The notes beneath the pieces are model-generated. The model was not told the origin of the DNA, searched no databases, and worked only from the letters and a program-made list of their open reading frames with translations. DNA of 64,000 nucleotides from Marsupella aquatica (Eukaryota > Plantae > Marchantiophyta): assembly GCA_973895155.1 (NCBI GenBank), contig OZ316891.1, positions 5,923,708-5,987,707 on the forward strand, read 5' to 3'. The position numbers and the translations under genes are program-made. Position 1 is the first letter of the stretch. Every line of letters starts with the position of its first letter. This document shows positions 11,135 to 20,968 of the stretch, one piece after another.

Positions 11135-14100
11135 CTACTTGTGATGCAATTGCAAAACCTGCAATACGTCACGGTGTCTAGAGAAACTCTCCAAAGGAAT
11201 CACTTTGGTAAATGCGTCAGCCGGGTTGAGTTTACCATCAATCTTGACTAGCTCAAACAAATTATCAGACACAGCCTGCCTGATAAAATGGTACCTGACG
11301 TCAATGTGCTTCACTCTGCTGTCCATCACCTGGTTCACAGCAAGGTGGAGCGCACTTTGACTATCACAATGGAGCTTCACATTCCCCTGTGGCAATCCCA
11401 TTTCAGTGATAAGTCTATCCAACCAAATCGCTTCCTTTGCTGCTTCCGCAGCTGCAACATACTCCGCTTCTGTAGTAGACTGAGCAATACACTTCTGCAA
11501 AGTAGACCTCCAACTTATGCATCCACCGCCAAGTGTGAACACGTATCCTGTTGTTGATCTCCTTCGGTCCAAATCTTGTCCATAGTCAGAATCTACATAG
11601 CCAATCAATGATCTAGCATTCTTTGCATTCGCATCAAATAAAAGACCATGATCCACGGTACCCTTCAAGTACCTGATAATCCACTTCACTGCTTCCCAGT
11701 GTACCTTCCCTGGATTCGACATGTACCTGCTCACCTTGCCCATAGCCATGGCAAGATCAGGTCTAGTGCAAGTCATCAAATACATGAGACTCCCCACTGC
11801 CTTGTCATATGGAACCTTTGACATCAACCCCTTCTCTGTGTCATCCGTAGGACAGAACACTGATGATAACTTGAAGTGTGGAGCCAACGGGGTACTTACT
11901 GGCTTGCTATTCTCCATGTTGAACCTTGCAATTACCTTCCTCGCATAACTGCTCTGCGTCAACCATAGCTTGCCAGCCTCCAAGTCCCTAGTGATCTCCA
12001 TACCCAAAATCCTCTTAGCTGGCCCTAAGTCCTTCATCTTAAACTCTGCACTAAGCAGTGCCTTGAGCTTAACAATCTCAGACCTATCCTTGGCTGCAAT
12101 TAGCATGTCATCCACATAAAGTACTAAAACAATGAACCCAAAGACAACATTCTTCACCGGTTTCAAATACACACAAGGGTCAAATACACTTCTGTGAAAA
12201 CCTTGTGACCGAATCCAATCGTCAAACCGCTTGTTCCACTGTCTTGGTGACTGCTTCAACCCATACAAGGATTTCAGCAATCTGCAAACCAATTCCTCCT
12301 GTCCTCTCTTCACAAAACCTAGCGGTTGTCTCATGAAGATCACCTCTTCCAATGTGCCATAGAGGAAAGCTGTGACAACATCCATCTGATCTAGGAGCAG
12401 ACCAAATATTACAACAAGTACACACAATAGTCGTATTGTAGAGTACTTAGCAACTGGTGAGAAGACCTCATTGTAATCCACACCTTTCTCTTGTGTGAAT
12501 CCCTTTGCTACCAATCTAGCCTTGTAGACCTTCGATCCACCTCCTATGGAATTATCCTTCAGCTTGTAAATCCACTTGTTGTCCACCACTTGCTGACCCT
12601 TAGGCAGCTTAACAAGCTCCCAAGTTTTGTTGTCCTTTAGTGACTGCATCTCCGTTTGCATTGCTGCAGTCCACTTCTGCTTCTCCTTTGAAGCACTTGC
12701 CTCATGAAATGAAGAAGGTTCTCCTTCTTCCAAAATTAACGCATCACCCTCATCATCAGCTGTAAAATCATCCTCTTGCAGTTGAGATGAATCAACCCAC
12801 TGTCCATACCTTGATGGAGCGCGTACAGTGCGACCAGATGTTCTTCTAGCCGATGACTCCGGTTGATCTGCGTGTGCTGGTACAATTTGAAGCTCAACAG
12901 CATCCACTTGCTGCTCACCAGCATCAACAAACTCCTCTGGTTCCTCTGGCACAGGAACCAGCTCCATAATTGGAGCAACTCCTTCTCTCCGGTCATGCAC
13001 CTCATAACCAATCTCCCCCTCAACGAGATCCGGGATAGGAGATTTTCCTTTGTCAGTACGGGAGACCTGAGTATTCTCCCCCTCCTTCAATAATCTGGAT
13101 TCATTGAAGGAAACATCCCTACTGACAACGAGCTTACAGGCAATAGGATCCCATAGCCTATAGGCTTTCACACCACTCTGGTACCCAAGAAAAACACATT
13201 TCCTGGAGGTAGGATCCAACTTGGTCCTATTCTGCTTTGGTGTGAGAGCATATGCATCACTTCCAAAAATTACCAAGCCATGATAGTCTGCTTGCCGCTT
13301 ATAGCGCATCTCAAACGGCGTTTTGAAATTGATAGCACTAGAAGGAGAAAGATTTACCAAATAAGTTGCGGTATTGACAGCTTCTGCCCAAAATTCTTGT
13401 GGTAAACCTGATTGGCTCAACATACTCCGTGACCGCTCCAACAGTGTCCGATTGAGCCTCTCAGCGACACCATTCTGCTGCGGAGTATAAACTGTGGTGA
13501 GATGGCGAGTTATCCCCTGTTCTGAACAGTACTCTTCAAATTCCATTGAAGTGTACTCCCCGCCGTTGTCTGACCTCAGACTCTTCACCCTTGTATCCAA
13601 ACACTTGATCGTGTTTCCAGTCTGATTCTCCACCTGGGCCTTCCACTTCTTAAAAATGGACAAGACATCAGACTTATGCGTCATGAAATAAATCCACACA
13701 AATCTTGAGTAATCATCAATAAATGATACATAGTACAACTTTCCAGAGTGTGAGGGAGTCGGGGATGGACCCCACACGTCACTATGTATGTACTCAAGAA
13801 CCGCTTTGGAACGATGAGTTCCAACACCAAAAGCACGACGATGCTGCTTTCCAAGAATGCAATGCTCACAAAACTCTAATTTACAAGATTGCAAATCAGA
13901 AATGAGTCCATTCTTCTGTAAGATAGCCAAACCCTTCTCACTCATGTGGCCTAGCCGTGAATGCCACAGTTGAGTCATCTCCTCGTGAGACTTGGTTACA
14001 TTGGCCTCTCCACATACAGTATTGCCCTGTAACACATACAAAGTCTTTTGTCTACTCCCCTTCAAAATCACTGTCTCTCCCGACCTGACTTGAAGTTCAC

Positions 14101-14407
14101 CATCAATAACGCTCCATTGATGACCATTTGAATCCAACACACCGAGTGAAATCAGATTCTTACGCATGCCAGGTACATACCTGACTCCGGACATTGTGCG
14201 CACAGCGCCATCAAACATTTGAATCTTCACAGACCCAATTCCCTCAATTTGACAGGAGTGATCATTTCCCATCAGAACTGAACCGTTTGAAATAGAGTAA
14301 GAACTGAAAAACTCACGAATGTAACAAATATGAAAAGAGCAAGCACAATCAAGAATCCACACATCATCTGCTCTCCTAGATGACGTGCACAGGGCATACC
14401 CCCGGCT
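11135..14407 (-). CDS. pol: Copia Pol (protease, integrase, reverse transcriptase, RNase H), in frame with gag after a single TGA
   Basis: Open from 14407 (SRGYALCTSSRRADDVWILDCACSFH). Integrase WHSRLGH/CEHC, SDVWGP, SDNGGEY, QQNGVAER. RT YKARLVAKG, SLYGLKQSPRQW, YVDDM. RNase H STTEAEY, KHIDVRYHF, ADAFTK. No ATG before the protease motif. Confidence 0.95.
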   Translation of the reverse strand, partial: SRGYALCTSSRRADDVWILDCACSFHICYIREFFSSYSISNGSVLMGNDHSCQIEGIGSVKIQMFDGAVRTMSGVRYVPGMRKNLISLGVLDSNGHQWSVIDGELQVRSGETVILKGSRQKTLYVLQGNTVCGEANVTKSHEEMTQLWHSRLGHMSEKGLAILQKNGLISDLQSCKLEFCEHCILGKQHRRAFGVGTHRSKAVLEYIHSDVWGPSPTPSHSGKLYYVSFIDDYSRFVWIYFMTHKSDVLSIFKKWKAQVENQTGNTIKCLDTRVKSLRSDNGGEYTSMEFEEYCSEQGITRHLTTVYTPQQNGVAERLNRTLLERSRSMLSQSGLPQEFWAEAVNTATYLVNLSPSSAINFKTPFEMRYKRQADYHGLVIFGSDAYALTPKQNRTKLDPTSRKCVFLGYQSGVKAYRLWDPIACKLVVSRDVSFNESRLLKEGENTQVSRTDKGKSPIPDLVEGEIGYEVHDRREGVAPIMELVPVPEEPEEFVDAGEQQVDAVELQIVPAHADQPESSARRTSGRTVRAPSRYGQWVDSSQLQEDDFTADDEGDALILEEGEPSSFHEASASKEKQKWTAAMQTEMQSLKDNKTWELVKLPKGQQVVDNKWIYKLKDNSIGGGSKVYKARLVAKGFTQEKGVDYNEVFSPVAKYSTIRLLCVLVVIFGLLLDQMDVVTAFLYGTLEEVIFMRQPLGFVKRGQEELVCRLLKSLYGLKQSPRQWNKRFDDWIRSQGFHRSVFDPCVYLKPVKNVVFGFIVLVLYVDDMLIAAKDRSEIVKLKALLSAEFKMKDLGPAKRILGMEITRDLEAGKLWLTQSSYARKVIARFNMENSKPVSTPLAPHFKLSSVFCPTDDTEKGLMSKVPYDKAVGSLMYLMTCTRPDLAMAMGKVSRYMSNPGKVHWEAVKWIIRYLKGTVDHGLLFDANAKNARSLIGYVDSDYGQDLDRRRSTTGYVFTLGGGCISWRSTLQKCIAQSTTEAEYVAAAEAAKEAIWLDRLITEMGLPQGNVKLHCDSQSALHLAVNQVMDSRVKHIDVRYHFIRQAVSDNLFELVKIDGKLNPADAFTKVIPLESFSRHRDVLQVLQLHHK

Positions 14408-15442
14408 TCATAAAACATACTCATCATTGAGTAAATCAGCTTCTCCATTAGCCCTAGCCACATTTGCCGATGAAGTTTCCGCTGCCTTTCCCTTACAGTC
14501 TCGCTTGAAGTGTCCAACTTGGTTGCACTTCCAACATGTCACCTGCCTCCTCTGAGGGGATTTACCCTTGGACTTAGATCTGGATTTAGATCTAAACTGG
14601 GTTCTACGGTCCCCAGTTGGTCGCTGCATACTCCTCCCACGGTTAACATTGAGGGCAGCACCAGATGATGAAGGCTGTGACGTGATGTGCATCTTCTGCT
14701 GAAGATCATCACTAAGCAGAGAACTTACCACGTCATTGTATGAAATGGTATCCCTATCACGATGCAACAACACTCGTGATAGGGACTGGTAAGATGGAGG
14801 CAATGAACTAAGAAGCTGCAGAGCCTTCGTCTCATCATTCAAAGTCTCCCCAAGGTTTTCCAAGTCAACGACCATGTCGTTGAAAGCATCCACATGGTCT
14901 TGCAACTTCGTACCAGATTCCTTCATCCTGAAACTCATCAGTTTGTAGGAAGTGTAGAGCCGGTTCGACAACTCCTTGCGGTGATACTTGCTCTGCAATT
15001 CCGCAAATAAGGACATGCAATCCTTATGTGCACCCAACTGCTTGATGATGGGAGGCATGAGATAGAGTGTAACACACCACACTCCCTGCTCCTGCATGCG
15101 GTCCCATTGTTTCTCATCAACATCGTCTTCACGAGGGCTCAGCAGTTGGCCCATCCCTGACGCATAAAGCACTCCCTTCACCTGCTTCTCCCATAGCAAG
15201 TAGTCAGAGCGCCCATCATACTTTGTCACTTCATACTTGGGTCCCCCAAGCTTGAAAGTCCCCATCTTCTTCTTTACCGTGAGCTCCGGTAGTAGTACTG
15301 CTTCCTCCACCACACGCCGCACCGGTGATGGTATCGGTGTCACGTGCTCTTCCTCCTGCTCCTCTCTCTGCCCCTGAAACCTCCGCGGTGACCCTCGTGC
15401 TTCAAGTTCCACGTCTTCGAAAAACTCCTCCGAATCACTCAT
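14408..15442 (-). CDS. gag: Copia Gag (UBN2-type capsid + CCHC zinc knuckle)
   Basis: 344 aa with KYDGRSDYLLW, LLSSLPPSY and zinc knuckle CWKCNQVGHFKRDC. Ends in TGA at 14410-14408. Confidence 0.93.
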   Translation of the reverse strand: MSDSEEFFEDVELEARGSPRRFQGQREEQEEEHVTPIPSPVRRVVEEAVLLPELTVKKKMGTFKLGGPKYEVTKYDGRSDYLLWEKQVKGVLYASGMGQLLSPREDDVDEKQWDRMQEQGVWCVTLYLMPPIIKQLGAHKDCMSLFAELQSKYHRKELSNRLYTSYKLMSFRMKESGTKLQDHVDAFNDMVVDLENLGETLNDETKALQLLSSLPPSYQSLSRVLLHRDRDTISYNDVVSSLLSDDLQQKMHITSQPSSSGAALNVNRGRSMQRPTGDRRTQFRSKSRSKSKGKSPQRRQVTCWKCNQVGHFKRDCKGKAAETSSANVARANGEADLLNDEYVL

Positions 15443-16582
15443 ATGAGAAAGTCACAAAAAATGTTGTTTTTCACAACTTCTCAAAAAACTCGAAACTCAA
15501 CACCGCCGCGTAGCCCACAAAGCTAGGAGTCCAATACTGAAAACCGAAATCAAAATCGAAATTTGACGGAAAAGTTATTCAAATTTCGGTCAAGGTGGGT
15601 AAAACCTTGGGAAACTCCCCCGTTTTGACCACCTCAGGGAATAACCGAAATACCAAGTACAACCCGTTGTCGGAATTGCGATGTGATTGGTGCGCTGCAT
15701 TGCCAACTTCAATGGCTACGACCTCGCCGAAAAATAACCAAAAAAGTTACCGTTCGGCGGATGAAATCTTTGTCGGACGGTCAAAAAATAGCTCTCTGGT
15801 TTTTTGGAATATTCTATGACCCTTGTACAGGCCCTGTGGGAATTTTGGAAGAACAATCGAGGGGCTGACATGTGTCCTCGAACCCCCAAAACCCCCTACC
15901 ACCCTTCGTCGTCGAAATCTGGTCGCGCGCGCAGAAAATACACACGGTAGAATGTACCCCTCGACACCAAATGCAAGATATCTCACTCGGGTTTTGACTA
16001 AATCAAGATCCGATTTCAGATTTGGAAACTAGACTCCGAGGCGATGAAGATCGATATAAGAAGCACCCAAAACAAGGAAAGAACGAGGGAGAAAAAAATT
16101 GGTAAAGATGACAGATTTCTCTCAATTGCCATAGCCAATTTCGAATCAGTTTTTCAAAGAGAAAAAAATGGTACCTTGTCAACAACGAATGTTGATCAAT
16201 TGCACTTGGTGCCGTCACCAAGTCCAACAAGGTAATTGATTTTGCTTAGCCTTCCTCTTTGCATCAAAGAGCCAATCCCGGACTCAAAAACAATCGTCTT
16301 GCCTCAATCTCTCCGTTGAGTCAAAACACTTGACGCTTCTCCCTCCGAGTCGATTGCCAACTTTCTTCACAAAATCCAGAATGACGAAAACTTAGATCTC
16401 TCTGCACCACGAGCTCCGTTCAACGATTTCTTCACACCGTTAGAAAGCTCTTGCCCTGATCTATCCGTTGAGCCCATAAACTCCAAGTTCCATGCGATGG
16501 AACTCTGGAAAATCCACCAACACTCAACGCTGGAAAAACCGTCATGAAATCCCGTCACGAACACACGTCACCTCCCAAGCAT

Positions 16583-16594
16583 GCTCTGATACCA
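16583..16594 (-). other. Primer-binding site, tRNA-iMet
   Basis: Minus strand TGGTATCAGAGC, 2 nt inside the 5' LTR; canonical plant copia PBS. Confidence 0.95.
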
Positions 16595-16596
16595 AT

Positions 16597-17071
16597 TGTT
16601 GAGCATAGACGATGATCGCAACGGCAAGCCCATGAACCATCCAACGCACAATAGTCGACACAAGAGATACGTGGTTCACCTCCTTGAGGCTACGTCCACG
16701 GGAACACACAAGAGAGCTTTACTGAACTCTAAGCCCGTCGACTATACCGAGTCTCCACAGTGTAAGCTCTCCCTATCTCTCAAGTGGCTCCATAACAATG
16801 AGCCTTGGTTCTACCTCTCCAAGCACACATGCCTCTTATGATATAGTGTGCAACTTAGTTGTACCTAACCACATAGTTGTACCTAACCACATAGTTGTAC
16901 CTAATCACGTAGTTGTACCTAACCACATAGTTGTACCTAATCACGTAGTTGTACCTAACCACATAGTTGTACCTAATCACGTAGTTGTACCTAACCACGT
17001 AGTTGTACCAACCCACGTTGTTGTACCAACCACGTCATACCTAACCTAGACGTAAGAGTAAATACCCAACA
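16597..17071 (-). repeat. 5' LTR of the Copia element
   Basis: Adjacent to the PBS. Same sequence as 10469-10943. Confidence 0.97.
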
Positions 17072-19619
17072 TGTATAGTCTTCCCTGTGCATTGACAGAA
17101 AGGACACTCTGAAGGGTAGGGAGTTCACTTTATATTTTTAAAAAAGGAGTGATATTTTTGTAATTCTAGAAACTTAATTTAAGACAGTAGTATTATTTTA
17201 AGTGGTGCCTTATAGTTCTTTGATAATGGTTATTGATAAGCATGTTTAGACTGATTATTATGTGCCCCTTGTAGTGGGAAGGACATATTCAAGGGCAATG
17301 AGAACATAATCACACTAGACCAGGGTGCATGCAGAAAATTAGAGGAAACGGTGACTCTAAAATATATGGTCAATTTTTTAGTAGCTTGACCCAGATTAAG
17401 ATGGCATTTGAGGATCTAAACCCGGATGTATACTAGCAACGTCACTATTAAAGGAAAATGTTGGGATAACGAATGTCATATCCCCCAAGATTAGAAAATT
17501 ATTGATAATTTCTAGGAGATATTAAAATGCTTGGAATATACCAAATATCAAATTATTCACCTAAGTAACTAGGATCCAAATTAACTACTGTAGGTAATTC
17601 AATAGAAAATATAAAAATCAGGTGATTTTCATTCATTGAGTTGGTAGAACTATAGGGCAAGTACGTTCGGCAAAATGGCATAAATTCTAGGTCAAAAGCT
17701 TTCCTTAGTTCCCAATTATTGATTGTTCATTATTACATAAGGCATTATTTGATAACTAACAAATTTGACCATTTTTTGTTTATTGATGCCATGCTTTTGA
17801 AATTACTATGAATGCATTTCTCTCATCATAATTGCTTTTTCCTGCAACAATTTTGTGTCATTTGTGTCCCTGAGTGAGTCAAGTTAATGAATAAGTTTCA
17901 CTATCTATTTGTTTACCATATATTAAATGCAACCAAGATTTAAACAGAAAATAATGGTTAGAGTAGCATATAGGTTTAGAGGTAAAAACATTATGTAAAT
18001 ACTGTGGCTGTGTGGACGTGGTACAGCCTACTACCAAATCAAAACAAAAACAAAATCACTCAATTACTGTAACATCTTCTTTGGAAGAATCAATCTTTCA
18101 AAGAAGGCCCATTGATTTAGTTTTGGCTGAAGGTTGAAGAAAGGCACATAACAACTAAAACTGTTGTGGAGCAAAGGTATGCAAGTGCATGTAAAGTGTT
18201 TGTCTTGCATTAAATGAGTGAATTGATTATAAGAGTTTTTTTTGCCTTGTAAGATCATTTTGAATTCCATCTTACTTATAAAAAGCCAACTACAAGATAA
18301 AGTTGGGGCCTAGGCTTATAGAGTGAAGCCTCTAGATCGTAATTCCATGGCTCATCATGTGGATAGGAAAAGTCATGACCATCATCTATGTCAAATGATA
18401 GGCATGTATGTTTTTTGAGTGTGAACAGTGGGGAGGACATTAAAAAATGGGCATGTATGTTTTGTCATTAAATATATTTTTAGTGTCCTCCACACTATTC
18501 ATGCTCAAAGAACGGGGAGTCGGGGCTAGTGTCTTATAATTCCCATCTCACAAGTCTTATAATTGTCCCTACATTTAATTAGTTCAATCAACATAGTAAG
18601 CTGAACTTGATTTCATTAGGCCAGAGTTATTGAAGGAAATGAATTTTGATTGCCACAAACTGCATAACCATAAGACCATCAATGTACAAGAATCAATAAA
18701 CCGAAACAAGAAAGAATGATTCAATGAATGATCAGCTTGTACTTGACTTTGAAATTCCTCAAAGGGGATAGTTTGAACAACTTTGTGGATAACAAAGCAT
18801 TCTCTGCCGTGGATTTGGTAATAGATTCCAGTCTAGCTTCATCAACAAAGAAATGTTCTCATATATTTGGGCAATTTGGCTTGAAGAATGTGCATGTTAC
18901 CCCGCATAATAAGTCTCCAAATGTTCTCAGTGTAAGCCATCAGTGTCCATGTTCCAAATTTGTTTCCTCAAATGTCTTAAATGAATGGAAATCCTCTTTT
19001 TGGCATACTTGAGTGTAAGTTGTACCCTTGAAAGACACACTTGTGTCTTTGATGTTGTGCACTCTTTGTACCCTAAGATTATGAAGTCAGGATTCCATTT
19101 ATACACTTGGGATGGAGTTTGTAGACTTGCAATGCTCATTACCCACAACGGCATGGGCATCATTTGGAATCAAGTAAATTAGATACACTTAGTGAGAGAT
19201 TTTATACTTTAGTGCAATAGTAAGGCGGAGAAAATGGGAACGATAATCTTCTTGGCTACATTGACTAGCCATAATTATGATAGCTAGAACATTTACACCA
19301 TATTTATCCCATCCCTTACTTTTAAATGTTAATAAGTCAGCAAAACATGCAGTTGCAGCCTTTTGGTCCATATCTGAATTTTAGAATATTTACACTATTA
19401 ATGATCAGTTCGCGTTTTGTAACACAATAAACAACAACACAATAATATCTTATCTCCCTAGAGCTCCTCTCTCCACCTCTGTTGACATTTAATTGTGCAA
19501 CCTAATATTTTCAGCCATGACCATAAAACCTTGGTTGTGGGCAATTCTGGCTTGATATAGCCCTGCCATGTCCTTTCAGCATGTTCTCTTCACTGCTAAC
19601 TTGACTGCTCAATACCCTA

Positions 19620-20100
19620 AGCCCTGACCATGGTTACCATGAGCAGCAAACAATAATTTCTTCACTAACAGCACTGCCAAGGGGGCAGCAGTAAGAGCTG
19701 TCTCGCATGTAGTTGCCCCTCAAATTTTCAGGCCTGAAAAACGCCCTAAACTGCCTGTAAAAAGTGTGTTGTCATGGATCACAAAATCTAATGGTCCTGC
19801 TAAGTTTCACCTCACACTTGAGAGAACAGAACCCAAGGACTGTGAATGCGCACTCCATCACCTGAAAGCCTGTATCTGGATTTATTTTATTAGTTTTTCA
19901 AAGGTTGGCACTGCAAGGGCCAGAACATTTCCAATCTTTGCCATTGGATCTCCACTTTTAACTGCCATGGAGCTTGCCAACTGGGGGGTTTAGGCAGGAA
20001 ATTCTGGCTGTATAATATGATGCCAGGCATTAAGTTTAGGGCAACCAAAGAAAGGCCCCCCCCTATATCCAAGACACCCATAAGATCTTTCAAAGTTGAG
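19620..20100 (-). pseudogene. Possible decayed non-LTR (LINE) ORF2 C-terminal fragment
   Basis: Stop-riddled Trp-rich frame ...PPSWQAPW...WQRLEMFWPLQCQP...KIQIQAFR*W is reminiscent of the post-RT zinc-binding region of plant LINEs. Motif impression only. Confidence 0.25.
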
Positions 20101-20968
20101 GGGCAAATTGAGAAAAGTTTAGCCTAGTGGCCCCATCAAGTATTTTTTGGTACTTGGGGGATTCATGTACCTGGTAGACATGTTGCATTGGGGCCATGGC
20201 TGAGTTGCACATCTAAGTCATGATACCACCATTGTATCAATGGTGGGAAGAAAATGCAGTTCCGATGGGAGTAGATCCAACATGCATTACTATTTTTACT
20301 AGCCCAGTCAAATGAGATGTGAATAAAAGCTCGCACTAGAGGGCCCCTCTTGCACCCAGCATCACGGGACTAACATAGGGAATCTAGGTAAAGATTTCAT
20401 TGTGCTTCAATAGATTCACAGACCATCCTGGATGGGTCAATGTTTGAAAAACAAGTTCTCACATGGTTCAGAATGTACATTTTCTGGGGTCTTCTTGCTT
20501 GTTCATGCTGTCGAAAATTATGTTTGATGCCCTTTGCATTCGTCTTGTGTACTTGTACCCAAACAAATTAATTGTTCCCTTGAAAACAAAACAATAGTCT
20601 TAGAGAGCTACTTTATACTTTACTGACATGGAAAGACGTTGGAAAGCTTAAAAGGACCAAACTCCCAAAGAAACATTCATACTGTCATAGGTCAAAGATG
20701 TCCAATGTGAGATACCTTTGGTGCTGTAGCTGTCATAAAAGCGGTTTGGTAATTACATGGCTCCCCATTCTGCTCTGAAGTTAGCAGTACACACGTTGTA
20801 ACCTGTCTAAACTTCTAAATAGGGACAACCAGTTTCTCCAGCTAAGACCAAAAACTGATCCACTTTGAGACACCTCGAGTTCGACAAATAACTACAATCG
20901 TTTCTAGCAGTGACTTTTTCCTATGGCTAAAAGGACTGATGACCCAGATGTGCACTTTACTTTGATGT

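Larger units (their letters stand above)
10469..17071 (-). mobile_element. Full-length Ty1/copia LTR retrotransposon (Tnt1/Tork-like), recent insertion
   Basis: Two 475-bp LTRs (10469-10943, 16597-17071) with TG...CA ends. 5-bp TSD TGTAT at 10464-10468 and 17072-17076. PBS, PPT and gag/PR-INT-RT-RH in copia order. Confidence 0.98.

Noticed and set aside
11288-13905. Antisense and alternate-frame ORFs within pol
   Set aside because: Short shadow ORFs of the long coding sequence.
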